A stretch of DNA of 64,000 bases from Podarcis filfolensis (taxonomy: Eukaryota): assembly GCA_964270895.1 (NCBI GenBank), contig OZ185436.1; one strand, written 5' to 3'. A program made the translations under genes and the position numbers. Of this stretch, positions 1 to 11,266 are shown in pieces. The first letter of the stretch is position 1; the number at the start of each line of letters is the position of its first letter. The notes below the pieces were generated by a model, which did no database searches, had not been told where the DNA came from, and saw only the letters and a list, made by a program, of their open reading frames with translations.

Positions 1-1179
1 CCAATAGTTTAAAGTTATTTGAATATCAAAAGGAATTGTTCACTTTTTTAATAAAGTTACCAGAAAGTCCATGACAGTGTTTCATAGCACCATCCTACGC
101 ATGCCTACTCAGATGTAAGCCCCATTGAATTCAGAGAGATTTACTCTCACATTAGTGTGCACAGGGTTGCACATTGCAAATTGTAAATGTGCAGGTCATC
201 ATTGGGATTTGATTGCTTAGTTAATCATCCTGTTAAAATTAAAATTTATTCTTTTTGTCTCTGTTCTTCCTGAGTCTTCAGATTGGGGCAGGCTAGGAAT
301 TTACATGAAACAGACTGGCAATAAAATGTAGTGTGGTGGTATTAAGGATGCCAGCAAGCCATGCTCTCTTTGGGGAAACTCTATTCCATGTCCCTCCCTC
401 CCAAATTTCAGTCTTCCCCTGCCTAGCAGACAAGTCAGCATTCTATGTCCTGTCCTCATTGGGCTGTTTGGGGAAGATTTCCCCATTGTTTTGTGTGGTT
501 TTTCTCTGTACCTGTACGAGCCCTGCTGCTACCACCTCCTTGTGTGTAGATGATGCCATTTTGACTAAAGGGTATACACTAGGGCATGGAGTTTATTATT
601 GGTGTGTGAAGGATAAAAATTAGAGCTCATGCTGTTGATGTATTTGTAAGTTGACGTCACTATTGTGTGTGAAATGCTTGCCCTGTGAACTGATTTAATC
701 TTAAGTATTAGCTTCCATTTCCTTTTGCCCATTATAAAATTTCTGAAGCGGCATAAGCTTTGGCTTCCTTTTCCTTTTCTGATCTCAAGCCTGAGAGAGT
801 TTGAATCCTGAATTTTGAAATTCTAGCTGGTTCAACTAAAGTACATTGGTTACCATTCACTGTGTTCTTGTTCTTTGTAGCCGGAGTGGAACACTCTTTT
901 AATATGTAGTTGTTCTTTTAAGCAAACAGAAGTCTGTAGTGACACCTAGTGTCCAAAATAAATTGTGAATTGCAAATTCATTTTGTATCTTAATGCTTTT
1001 GTATCTTAAGTCATACTCTTGAGTAGATCCATTAGTTTCAATGGGCTTAAGTTAGTCATTACTGACTTTTAAAGTATTATCATTCCCAATGTGGAGATGG
1101 AAACAAGAACTGATTTTACAGTGATGGCGGCTCCCAAAACAAGGAAGACAAACATCTAAAAGTTTACTTCTGTTTACAG

Positions 1180-1244
1180 GTTGCAAGGTGGAATCTATAT
1201 TTCTGAATGTTGAAGCTGTAAATACGCACAGAGACAAACCACAG
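1180..1244 (+). CDS. PFKFB4: PFKFB4 penultimate coding exon, (G)[21 protein letters not shown]
   Basis: Acceptor tctgtttacag| and donor CAG|gtaggt; 65 nt, starts in phase 1 and ends in phase 0. The translation matches my recollection of the PFKFB4 C-terminus ([22 protein letters not shown]). Earlier exons lie upstream of the window. Confidence 0.95.
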
Positions 1245-1496
1245 GTAGGTGTCTTCTGCTGTCACAAATGTGAATTTGGAACTCTGCAGGAGGAATGGTG
1301 GTGGTGATGGAGACTGGTTTAAAGCTGAATAACTGGGAAAAAGAAAAAAAGAAAGAAAAGCAGGGAGAGAATTAAGCACTCTCTCCTGCCCCAGTTTTCC
1401 ATTCCTAAAGGATATTGTGGGAATATTGTAGGTACCTGTACTTTAATATCTAGCTTCACCTTTGGAGTAGAGGTTTGTACACAACCAAGTGTGTAA

Positions 1497-1562
1497 GTGT
1501 GTGTGTGTGTATTATATTATTATATTATATTATATTATATTATATTATATTATATTATATTA
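1497..1562. repeat. Compound microsatellite (TG)n followed by (ATATT)n
   Basis: Read directly from the sequence. Confidence 0.95.
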
Positions 1563-2614
1563 GTGACAAAGTATGCTGCTATTCTCTCATATTTAATGCC
1601 CTGCAGGCATGTTACCACAACCTTTGTTGCAGCCCCTTCTTCATTTTCCTACCCTTTTTCTTGCATTATGCCTTATTTAGGCCACCCGGACTATTTTCAC
1701 ACATTATTGAAGCAGCTTCGTTAGTGCCAGATACCCAAATTGTGTGGGTGCTTCTCCATGGCTAGCTGCCTGTGTGGGTGTGAAGCAGAGCTCGGACCAA
1801 TTTTCTTCGTACTTTTGTTTTGTTTGATTTTGACTTTACGCTTTGCTCTTCATTTTAGAAGGAAGCCTCCCACTGAATTCTCTGGCATGCTGAAAGTTGG
1901 GATGACTGTACTTATTAAGAGGCTACTAGCTGCGTGGGGAGGTGTCTACATGATTTGCCAATCAAGAGAGCCATGTATCCCCCCCCCACCTCCCGTCTCT
2001 CATGTATGCACTAGGCCTGGGTGATGAATCAGTACATTGGCCAGGACTGTTTTGAGGGCCAGAGCGCGATGGTGCCTTCATCTTGGTGATATATCGCTGG
2101 TGAACCCCTTGCCGCTCCTGAGTCAGGAGAACAGTAATGTGCTGGTCATGCCTGTTGATGTTATTGGATTCAAGTATGACAAAATGGTGCATATTTATAG
2201 CCCAAGTTATGAGGTCAAACAAAACTATAACCTGTGCAGGATAAATGGCCTGCTCAAATACGAAGTCGGGCCTCTTATATCTTGTTGCTCTTACATGTGT
2301 GGTGAACATTAGAATAAAAATCAAGGGCTATGTATAATGCATTGCAAGATATATTTATGTAGACTGAACCAATGGGAATTATTCTGCAAGTTTTTTAATA
2401 AGTCCCTTGAGAAACAATAACCAAAGTGAGCTAGTATAGTGTCATTGGTTTGAATGGCCTGGGGTGATGATAAGATTGGAAGCTCCCAAACATGTCATTA
2501 TTTCTACTAGAGAATTAGCACACAAATGCCTAATTATACACAATGAAAAATAGAGGAAGATGTGCTATGTTTGCTCCTTTGTGATGCTAGAAAATGACCA
2601 GATCTTCATTATAT

Positions 2615-2860
2615 GCAGGACTTGACATCTTTCCGCAGGGCCTGCAAGACAGAGCTGTTCACCAGGCCTTTGGTCAGGGCGCAGCCTGACTCCCTCCTTT
2701 GGCAATCTTTACAAAACTTTAGTTTATGGTTGCCATCAATTTTGATTTTAATTAATTTTTATAATGTTTTTATAATGTTGCACTATTTTAGTGTTGTTAG
2801 CCGCCCTGAGCCCGGCTTCGGCTGGGGAGGGCGGGATATAAATAAAATTTATTATTATTA
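2615..2860 (+). mobile_element. L2-clade LINE, 5'-truncated 3' end
   Basis: Remnant of the ORF2 C-terminus (QDLTSFRRACKTELF), then the tail gccgccctgagccc...gggcgggatataaataaa and (TTA)n. Confidence 0.75.
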
Positions 2861-4926
2861 TATACCTATTTTTTGTGATGTCATCACCTTCTGCACATGG
2901 TCTCTGACTTATTGGCATCACTTGAGGAGAAATGAAATAGAACAAGAGGTCATGTGCAGTGGCGCACACCACAGTCATTTAATTTGAGCATTTTTAAAAA
3001 TGAAGCTTGCAGTGGATTTTGGAACTTCAGATAAATGCTCTGCAAAACAAAGGGAATTGTTTTATTCTCTGACAACTCATCATCTTCATGCCTGCTTTAC
3101 TTGCGTTTCATGGAATCTTCTCTCCTTCATGACAACATTATGACACTCTCTAACTGCACAGTGCTTTCATAATACAGCGTATGTCATCTGAGTGAATTTG
3201 GCAGCTAATTATACGACTCCACTTCGGGGAAATAACAGTGCCTCAATTGTGACAGTCTGTAGCCTTGTATTCAGGTGATGCTATGGTGAGCAGTGATGCA
3301 GAGCAGACAGCAAGCTGTTCAATGAAAGCCCTAAAAACTGCCACGATTAGGAATTGTGCTGCAGTTGTGTTGCCACCCAGTTGTTTGCTTAACTCAAGAC
3401 AGTATTTTCGTAGCGTTAAGTCGCTCTGTTGGATCTGAATGCTGTGTGTTTTTAGCAGCTTTAACAGTGTTGCCTTACTCTTTTGATCAAGGAGTGTTTC
3501 GCAAATGACTCATCCATGGCCACTTGGCTGGTAGGCAGCTGTTAACGGTTTCTATTTAAACTGGGTGTGAATAAAAAGGTGAGAGAGAAGCTTTTCTGGA
3601 CATGCTGAAGCGTTTAAGAAACACTCATTCTGTAAAATGTGCAAGTCCTTGAAAGGCAACCATGTGTTCATTTGTTTGTTTGTTTGGGTTGGTTGATGCA
3701 GCGGCACAATGCCAGCATTCAGTTCTGATCTGGCTTCATGGTGCATAATCGTGTGAAACTGCAGGAAGAACAGAACCTGGATGAAAACATTAGAATATAT
3801 TTTGGAGATTTAGGATTGGTTTCTGTCAGCTGCTCAGTTTCTCATAGGTTTGGGTAGCAGGGTCTCTGGCTCATCGTAAATGAACATCTTTTGGTTACTG
3901 TAGGTATCCTCTTGACAGTGATAAGATTGTCCACTAGGATTGAGCAGTAACTCTATTTTTAGTGATGTTTCATGGGAGATTTTTTACCATGTTCTTGCCA
4001 TCATATTCTTGATTATGGCAAAATGATACTGGATATCAAATGAATCAAAACGGCCACTAAGACATTTTCCCAAGGCTGCTCACAATTTTAGCCAGCCTTG
4101 GCTGCCAAATTCCTGTTTTACAATGTTTGGATACTGGAAGTAAGTAGGTATTGTAAGCTGCACAGTTTTGGGTAGCAGGTTTAACGATGTTTTGTCACAA
4201 TAAGAATACAAGCTGGCCATATACCCTCATTTCTCCCTCTCCACTTCCTGCTTCTCAGCCATGTTTGTTGTTTTTCTGTTTTGCATTAATCAGGACTGCT
4301 ATGGCTAGCACAGGTAGTGTTATCCCAAAGGGAAACTTTTCCTTCTTCTTCTTTATCCACAATTGAAGAGTTCCCAAGTTCCCAGGGTGGGTTCAGGCAC
4401 TGCTAGCATAAGCCTAAAGCAAGGGAGATTGACATGTTCTTGGACTACAAGTTGCATCATCTCTGACCCGTCCCTGGCTGTCCTGGCTGGGGCTGATGGG
4501 ATTTGGAGTCCAACAGCCTCTGGAGGGCAGTGCATTGATAACACCTGCCTTAAAGTTTCTGAGAAGACAACGGATAGTGTTCTGCTCTTCCGTTGTTTGT
4601 TCTGAACCCATTTGTTCGGAGGTTTCTAGTACCTAAGTTCACAGCATTTTGTGCTCCTGATATATAAATGCTGCTGCTGCTGCAGTTGCACTGGCACAAC
4701 CATGATGCAGTGCTAGCATAGACCCATGATGCTTCAGCAGTGAATTGACCTTAGAGTTCTGTCTTCAGCTGTCTTTAGCTGTTCCTGCTGTGCTGATAAA
4801 CTTCAGAACGTGAAGGCACAACTTGTGACATTTCAGAAGTCGGAAAGGGGCCAATGAAAGGAAATGGTTTCCAGGGCTGAAGGGGAGGAAGAGGATGCGA
4901 GGCTCTAAGGCCCATTAGAGCGTCTT

Positions 4927-5170
4927 ATAAGAACATCAGAAGAGCTTTCTGGATCAGGACAATGGCTCATCTCCTCTAGTATCCTGTTCTCACAGTGGCT
5001 GACCAGATGCCCGCGGGAGACCAGCAAGCAGGATTCAATCACTCTTCCCCTCCCGTGCTTTCCAACAACTGTCATTCAGAAGCTTTGCTGCTTCCAGTTG
5101 TGGAGGCAGAGAATAGCCATCATGGCTAGCCACCATCAATAGGCCTCTCCTCTGTGAAGTTGTCCAAACT
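4927..5170 (-). mobile_element. CR1-like LINE 3' UTR remnant
   Basis: ataagaacatcagaagagc...ctggatcagg...catcctgttctcacagtggc resembles the reverse complement of reptilian CR1 3' ends. Confidence 0.6.
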
Positions 5171-5446
5171 TGTCCTTCCTCACAATGAGCAGAAGCATTA
5201 TAATAATTTATAATAATTTATTATTTATACCCCGCCCATCTGGCTGAGTTTTTTTTTAAAAAAAGCTCATGTACTTATTCTGAGTAACTTAAAGAAGAGA
5301 GCAGTCTCTTAATGATTGCAGGATTTGATCTAATTTTGTGCCAGATACTAAGTTATTGGTAAGTTCTCCATATAATTTGAGGGCTGTAGTTATAGCTTCA
5401 TGACTGAAAGACATGGAAATGTATGCTATCCTAGACAGTAGGAACT

Positions 5447-5612
5447 CTGTATTTTCCGCCCATAAGACGCCCCCATGTATAAGATGGCCCCAATTTTGGG
5501 GGACTCAGATTTAAGAAAATGGGGGGGAGATGTATCTGTGTATAAGACACCCCCTAATATTTGACATTATTTTAAAGGGAAAAAACCTAGTCTTATACAT
5601 GGAAAAATACAG
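5447..5612. mobile_element. Non-autonomous Tc1/mariner (Tc2-like) MITE
   Basis: TIRs ctgtattttcc...ataagac and gtcttat...ggaaaaatacag, with TA on the right flank. Confidence 0.7.
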
Positions 5613-5678
5613 TAATATACAGGGGCTAATGTCACAATATGACTAAAACGATTCCAGTAGAACCTATGCACCAGGACG

Positions 5679-5850
5679 CATAGGAATGTAGGAAGCTGTG
5701 TCATACTGACTCGGCCATTGGTCCATCTAGTTCAGTATTGTCTGTATTCAGTGAGTGACTCTCTCCATGTTTTCAGATAGGAGCTTTTTCTCCAGCTCTG
5801 CTTGCAGATGTCAAGAGATGCTCCACCACTGAGCTATGGTCCTTCTCCTG
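5679..5850 (-). mobile_element. Degenerate tRNA-derived SINE with CR1-like tail (related copies near 9652-9830 and 39990-40146)
   Basis: Reverse complement of a catagctcagtgg head and a ...agcttcctacattcctatg tail; similar blocks recur in the window. Confidence 0.55.
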
Positions 5851-6237
5851 GTACCCAACCCCCTCCCAATTGTTCACTTTTATTTAATGGTATCTGGCTG
5901 ATAAGACTTGCTTTTTGCAGTATGAATGTGCTTTGCATAATGTAATGAATCCCAAGCTTTTAAATATAGTTATATAGTTGAGATACTCTAAACATAAGCA
6001 GTTTCTTTGTGTGTGTTTTGAGGAGAGCTGCCAGCACTTAGCCTGTGGTCCACAGAATTATTAAATGCAGTCTATAAAGAAGGCAATTCCCCTGTCTCTG
6101 TTTTTTAAAAAGCTTTATTGCTCTAGATAAGTGACTATATTTGTTAATTTAACAAGCTCGGCTGTTTACTTGTGAAGAAAACTGACCGGCCATGTTGCAT
6201 GATAAACATTTTCCTCTGTATTTTTATTATTACACAG

Positions 6238-6297
6238 AATGTAGACATTTCAAGACCTCCCGAGGAAGCCCTTGTAACTGTCCCTGCTCACCAGTGA
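6238..6297 (+). CDS. PFKFB4: PFKFB4 canonical last coding exon, NVDISRPPEEALVTVPAHQ*
   Basis: Acceptor tttttattattacacag|AAT, phase 0, TGA at 6295-6297. The peptide matches the human PFKFB4 C-terminus as I recall it. Confidence 0.95.
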   Translation, partial: NVDISRPPEEALVTVPAHQ

Positions 6298-8802
6298 AGC
6301 CCGTGTCCTGATCAGCTATGAAACGTGTGGTGCTTCTTTTCATCATATTATATTAAAATTATTTCAATCGTTCCAATCACTTTGGAATCATCCACAGATA
6401 ATATCCGTTTTTGTGTAGCTCGTGGCTTTTAGAAATCAGCAGACAATCAAATCTTACTCTCCCCTACCTCCTGGGTTGGAACTAATTGGCTGAGCCACCT
6501 GATTACTGGCTTCTCTGATATAACACTTGATCAATTGGTGATTGCTAATTTTGAACCTGATGTTTTATGTCCATTACAGCTTGATCAAACACTCAAACCC
6601 TGTTGGGAGATAATATGGGGCAGTTGTCTATTAATGAGTATTTTTATTTTCTCTTGAGTGATTGGATTGTTTTACATAGAGGAGCAAAATTAATAGTCTT
6701 TCTACAGTTAGTTCCACAGCTAGTGAATAGTATCGGCAATGTAGATAGTCTGCTAATTCATAGAGCCATAGAATTCTATGGCTGTTTAATAGTAGCTTGT
6801 AGGAAATAGTGTTCTTGCCCCTGACTTTGTGGAAGATGTATTTCTGTGATTTCAAAAAAAGGTCTGCAAAATTTATTATGGGATTAATTGATCATTTAAA
6901 GTTCAATTTGTACTTCTAATTACTTTTGACAGCTAATTTTTAAAAGCTAATTTAAAAATGTTAGTTTTTTTTTAAAAAAACCTGCAGGTGGTGTTAAGAC
7001 TCTTTTAAACACCCATTTAAAAGAGGCCTTTTCTCTTTTCGTTCACATGAGAAGGAATGCCTCTTCTTAGAAGTTGCCTGCTATAACTAAACTAAACATT
7101 TTATAAGAAAAAAAAGAAAAATGCTTCTTGCTTCAGGACTCTTTTATTCTATTCAGATTCAGTTTCTGGAAATGGCATGAATTTTAGTTAACAGATTCAG
7201 TCAGTCAACTAAGGTGTTTTTAAGAGGGTGGCAGCCCTAATTTATAATTTATATGAAGAGGACTCATAGTCGTAATGTCTTAATTTGTTTTCTTTCTAAA
7301 GTAGAAACATAGAAATATATTTCTTCTACGGTTTGGCAAACGGAGGCAAACTGCTATTGCTTACTCCCGTGAAGTTACTAGACATTACTAATACCAGGGT
7401 AAACATGCATTTGGAACACTTCTGGATAGAACCACTGTCAATATGGTGTAAAGAAATGGCACTTGTGGAAAGGAATAATGCACAACTACTCCTTTCCCTG
7501 TTGCTTCTCCATTCTAGGCTGTAGATGGTGCAAAGTTGGGCTGCTGAGGGGTGTGGCCTGGGGAGAGAGGGTATGTTGCTGAGGAGGAGCCTGAGGAGAG
7601 TCCTGAGACCCAGACAGAGAAGCCCCCAGGCATGAAGTTCCCAACCCCTGACATAAATTTACCTCCTTGGAGATTCAAAAGCAGCTTCGGGGGGGCGGGG
7701 TCTGAGAAGAAATCATTCTAGTGCACACAATGGCATTTGTGCCTCAAGGTGATGCTCTAAAATTCCAAAAGGAAAAAGGTGGAGCTTCCCCATATGTCGA
7801 GGTGGGCCAGTAAACTGCAGTGCTTAAAAAATAAATAAATCATTTCATACTTCCTGCCAGCCAAACAATTCCCAGGGTGATTCACAAAACCAAACCAAAG
7901 CAGTGTAGCTGCTGCTAACTTACATACTCTAAATTCTAAGCGTCTTGTAAACAAGTTTGGTAGATTAGAAAAAAGGTTGTCACTTGAATCCTGCATTGCC
8001 ACATATAAACAAAACTCTTACAGGGGCCAGAGATGTTCCCAGGAATAGCCTCTCTCCCAGCAGAGGCACTTGCTTTGTTCAACCGCTTTTCACTAGACTA
8101 ACTTCATGTTGGGGGTTGGGGCTGGAGAATCAGCTTCGGTGGTGCTGATGGTTACATTGCTTAGATCAGGAGTGGCTAACCCATCAGCTAAGAGGTTTGA
8201 TGGCTTCTTATTTGAAACGTTTTTGGCAATTTCTCTCCTCTCCCCGCTTCAGCAGAACAAAGAAAACCAATGTCATCAGCATTACAGTGAATAAATAAAA
8301 TGAATTTGTGGGAATTTTGAGTGGGGGAAGTGGGACTTTGAGGGAAAACAATCAGCTAAAAGTATATAAAAGAAAATACAAATAGAATGAATTGGGGAAG
8401 GAAAGAAATGGGTTGACTTTAGATGGAAAGATAATAAAAGGGATTAATTTCCTTCTTTGGCCTTCGCCCACTTTACCATGCCACCCCTGGCTTAAATCTA
8501 GGAGTTTTAGTTTTGTAAGACTGATATCACAATTATGGTGATATCTCGTGGCAAAGTAAGGGAAAGGAGCACATACCCTTGTGAATCTCTAGGAGGTCTT
8601 CCATTTGAGAACTGAAAGAAAAGATCCTAGATACTGGATTTTTTGTTCTTCAGGACTTGTTAAGATTTCTGTATCTATGTATATCTTGGATTCCATTAAG
8701 ATGTTTAACTGATGTCAATCTCAAAGGCCAGATGCAAGACCTGTAACACCCTACAGTGCTTTAATTAGGGATCTCATGTCTTTCCTGGATAATAGTCAAG
8801 GT

Positions 8803-9106
8803 CAGGCATAGGCAAACTCGGCTCTTCAGATGTTTGGGGACTACAATTCCCATCATCCCTGACCACTGGTCCTGTTAGCTAGGGATGATGGGAGTTGTAG
8901 TTCCAAAACAGCTGGAGGGCCGAGTTTGGGGATGCCTGACCCTAGAAGATGGGAGACACTGAACTTTGGCCTGCCTAAGTGGGTGATATCACTCACTCCA
9001 TTTTGTTTTCTTTAACTTAATGGCACCAGCAGGTGGGTGGAAAGATGTTAGGATCATGGGAGTTGTAGTACCAAAACATCTGGAGGGCCGAGTTTGCCTA
9101 TGCCTG
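8803..9106. mobile_element. Composite hAT-type MITE with perfect 20-bp TIRs and an 8-bp TSD
   Basis: TIR CAGGCATAGGCAAACTCGGC at 8803-8822 and its reverse complement at 9087-9106; TSD GTCAAGGT at 8795-8802 and 9107-9114. Confidence 0.9.
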
Positions 9107-10111
9107 GTCAAGGTAATACAGGGAAGAGAGGCTCTGGAAGATCAGGCTATGTAGTATGAAACCCTAGCAGCTTAAATCAAGAGCCCTTTTGATAAGAATG
9201 TGTGTTCTCACCTCACATTTTGTGTTTGAAGAGTACGGATACTACCAACGTCTTCATTCTAAGAGATTTAGTTCATTCTTGTTAACTGAAACCTATATAT
9301 TTCACTTAAGGGTAGAATAACAGCTCATTTTTTTTTGTGGTCTCCGAGAAGGAGAATAGCAACAACTGTTATACTGCTAGTGGCTAGCAGGCCTTGCTGA
9401 AAACACAGGTGTCATATGAATGTCGTCATCTTACTTCTTTGATCTCTGTTCTGCACCAGGTAGTCAGTTTGTAGAAGTTGATGTGTAGATAAATAGAAAA
9501 CGTATTAGCAGCAACTGGAGCAGGTATAATCATTGGGTACATGTCTGTCTGGCTCATTGACAGGACAAAATGTTCATATTGTGCGGAAGAGTTGAGTATC
9601 GGATGCAGTTGGACAGGACAAACTTTGAAAACTCCAATAGGAGTTTGAAAATGTGTAAGGAATGTTGGAAGCTGCTGAATATTAGATCAGGCTGTTGGTC
9701 CATGTAAGCCCAGTATTGCAGTAGCTCTCTAAGGTCACAGTCAGAGGTATTTTGTATTGCCCATTAGCTGAGATCTTAGGGATTGAACTTGGGATCTTCT
9801 GCATACAATGCATGGGATCTACCTTGTCCAATAGCCCTGATCTGGTAACACAAAGCCTATATATAAATGGCTTTTTTTGGCCCGAGCAAAAACTATGTAG
9901 GGCGGTTTAACTTGACCTCAAGGATCAGGTAGCAACTTGCATCCAATGGCTGCTGCTAGAATGACTGTAGTCTAGGATAGACTGAGCTTCTAGGATAGAG
10001 ATTTGCAATTGGCAGCCTTTGAGTCCCTGAAGGGTAATTTCTGGTTGTTCAGACATTCTACTTGTGTGTAAAAACAACTTGCAAGAGGGGAGAAGTGTAT
10101 TAAGCTTCACC

Positions 10112-10247
10112 CACTGTTTTCCTCAACACTTGAGTCACCAAGATGTTGCTGGGCTACAACTCCCATCATCCCTGACCACTGGTCCTGCTAGCTAAGGATG
10201 ATGGGAGTTGTAGTCCAACATCTGGAAACCTAAGGTTGAGAAAACTG
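10112..10247. mobile_element. hAT-type palindromic MITE with the same core as the 8803 element
   Basis: Core ctacaactcccatcatccctgaccactggtcc...gatgatgggagttgtag; ends ...ttcctcaac and gttgagaaaactg. Confidence 0.75.
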
Positions 10248-11206
10248 ATCTAACATGTACAACCTCTTGTATCTGTGGAGGCTTCCTTAAGCAATTTCAA
10301 ACCTTTATCTTCCTGGGTCCTTAATCATGCTGGAAGCCTCCATGACTGTAGGAGGTTGTTTTCTTCAGATGTTTAACATCCCAACTTATGGAGGGTGATG
10401 GAGCCGGAGCTTAGCAATTTGCCTCTGCTTGCTTGTTGTTTTCACATGTCACTGGAATGCCTGAAGACTAGTATGTTGAGTGTTCAATGTGTCATGACAT
10501 ATCTTATCTGTGATGAGAGGTGGTAGTATTACGTAGCTTGTTGCCTAATAAAGTTATTGGTTTAAAGGGAAGGAAGAGTATTGTGTATAGGCATTGTAGC
10601 TGGGTTCAAACTTGTGACTCTCAAGGATCTCTCCCTCCTGGACTTGTGCATGTGTCATTGCATTGACTGTGATAATGAAAACACTTCATTTGGGTTGTCC
10701 AATCAGCTAGCAGCATGTGCTTATGTTGGTAGTTCCCAGTGAACACTGGAAAAAACCAGACTTATACCTAGGGCTACATGAGGGGCCCAGAGGTCTAAGA
10801 CCAAACATTCAAAGTGCAACTAAACCCACATTGGGATCTCTTTGAGTTTCTGATAAGCTGGTGTTTAGAACAATGGAACTGAAGACTGATGCATATTGAG
10901 AAATGTATTCCGGAATGATGGAACTTGTTACAACGCTTGAATATATAGAGGAACCAGATAAGACAAAATATTGTGATTTTATCCAACCCAACTCTATGCA
11001 TATTTTCTGGGAAGCGAGGCTTCACTGATGTTGGTGGGTCTTATGCTAAAGTAAATGTGCATAGGATTACAGCCTTAATTTCACCATATTTCCATGAACT
11101 AGCAAAGGAAAGCCTATAGGTAGTGAGAAGTGTTCAGGAATTGGCCAAAGTGCAAGCATTGTGTTTGAGTGAAGTATATAAAGCTTGCTGTCTTTTCTCT
11201 TTTCAG

Positions 11207-11266
11207 AATGTATGCGTTAGCCGCTCTCGAGAAGAAGCTTTGAGGACTGTACCTAATCATTTGTAG
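11207..11266 (+). CDS. PFKFB4: Putative alternative (duplicated) PFKFB4 last exon, NVCVSRSREEALRTVPNHL*
   Basis: Acceptor gtcttttctcttttcag|AAT, phase 0, 19 codons plus TAG (11264-11266). 12/19 aa identical to the 6238 exon with no indels. Confidence 0.75.
   Translation, partial: NVCVSRSREEALRTVPNHL

Noticed and set aside
282-331. Acceptor-like site giving DWGRLGIYMKQTGNKM* in phase 1
   Set aside because: No similarity to PFKFB sequence and only a weak donor; indistinguishable from a cryptic intronic AG.
2037-2312. 91-aa ORF MARTVLRARARW...
   Set aside because: Non-ATG start, no recognisable homology and no splice support; it falls in an intron or the putative UTR of the KEASH exon.
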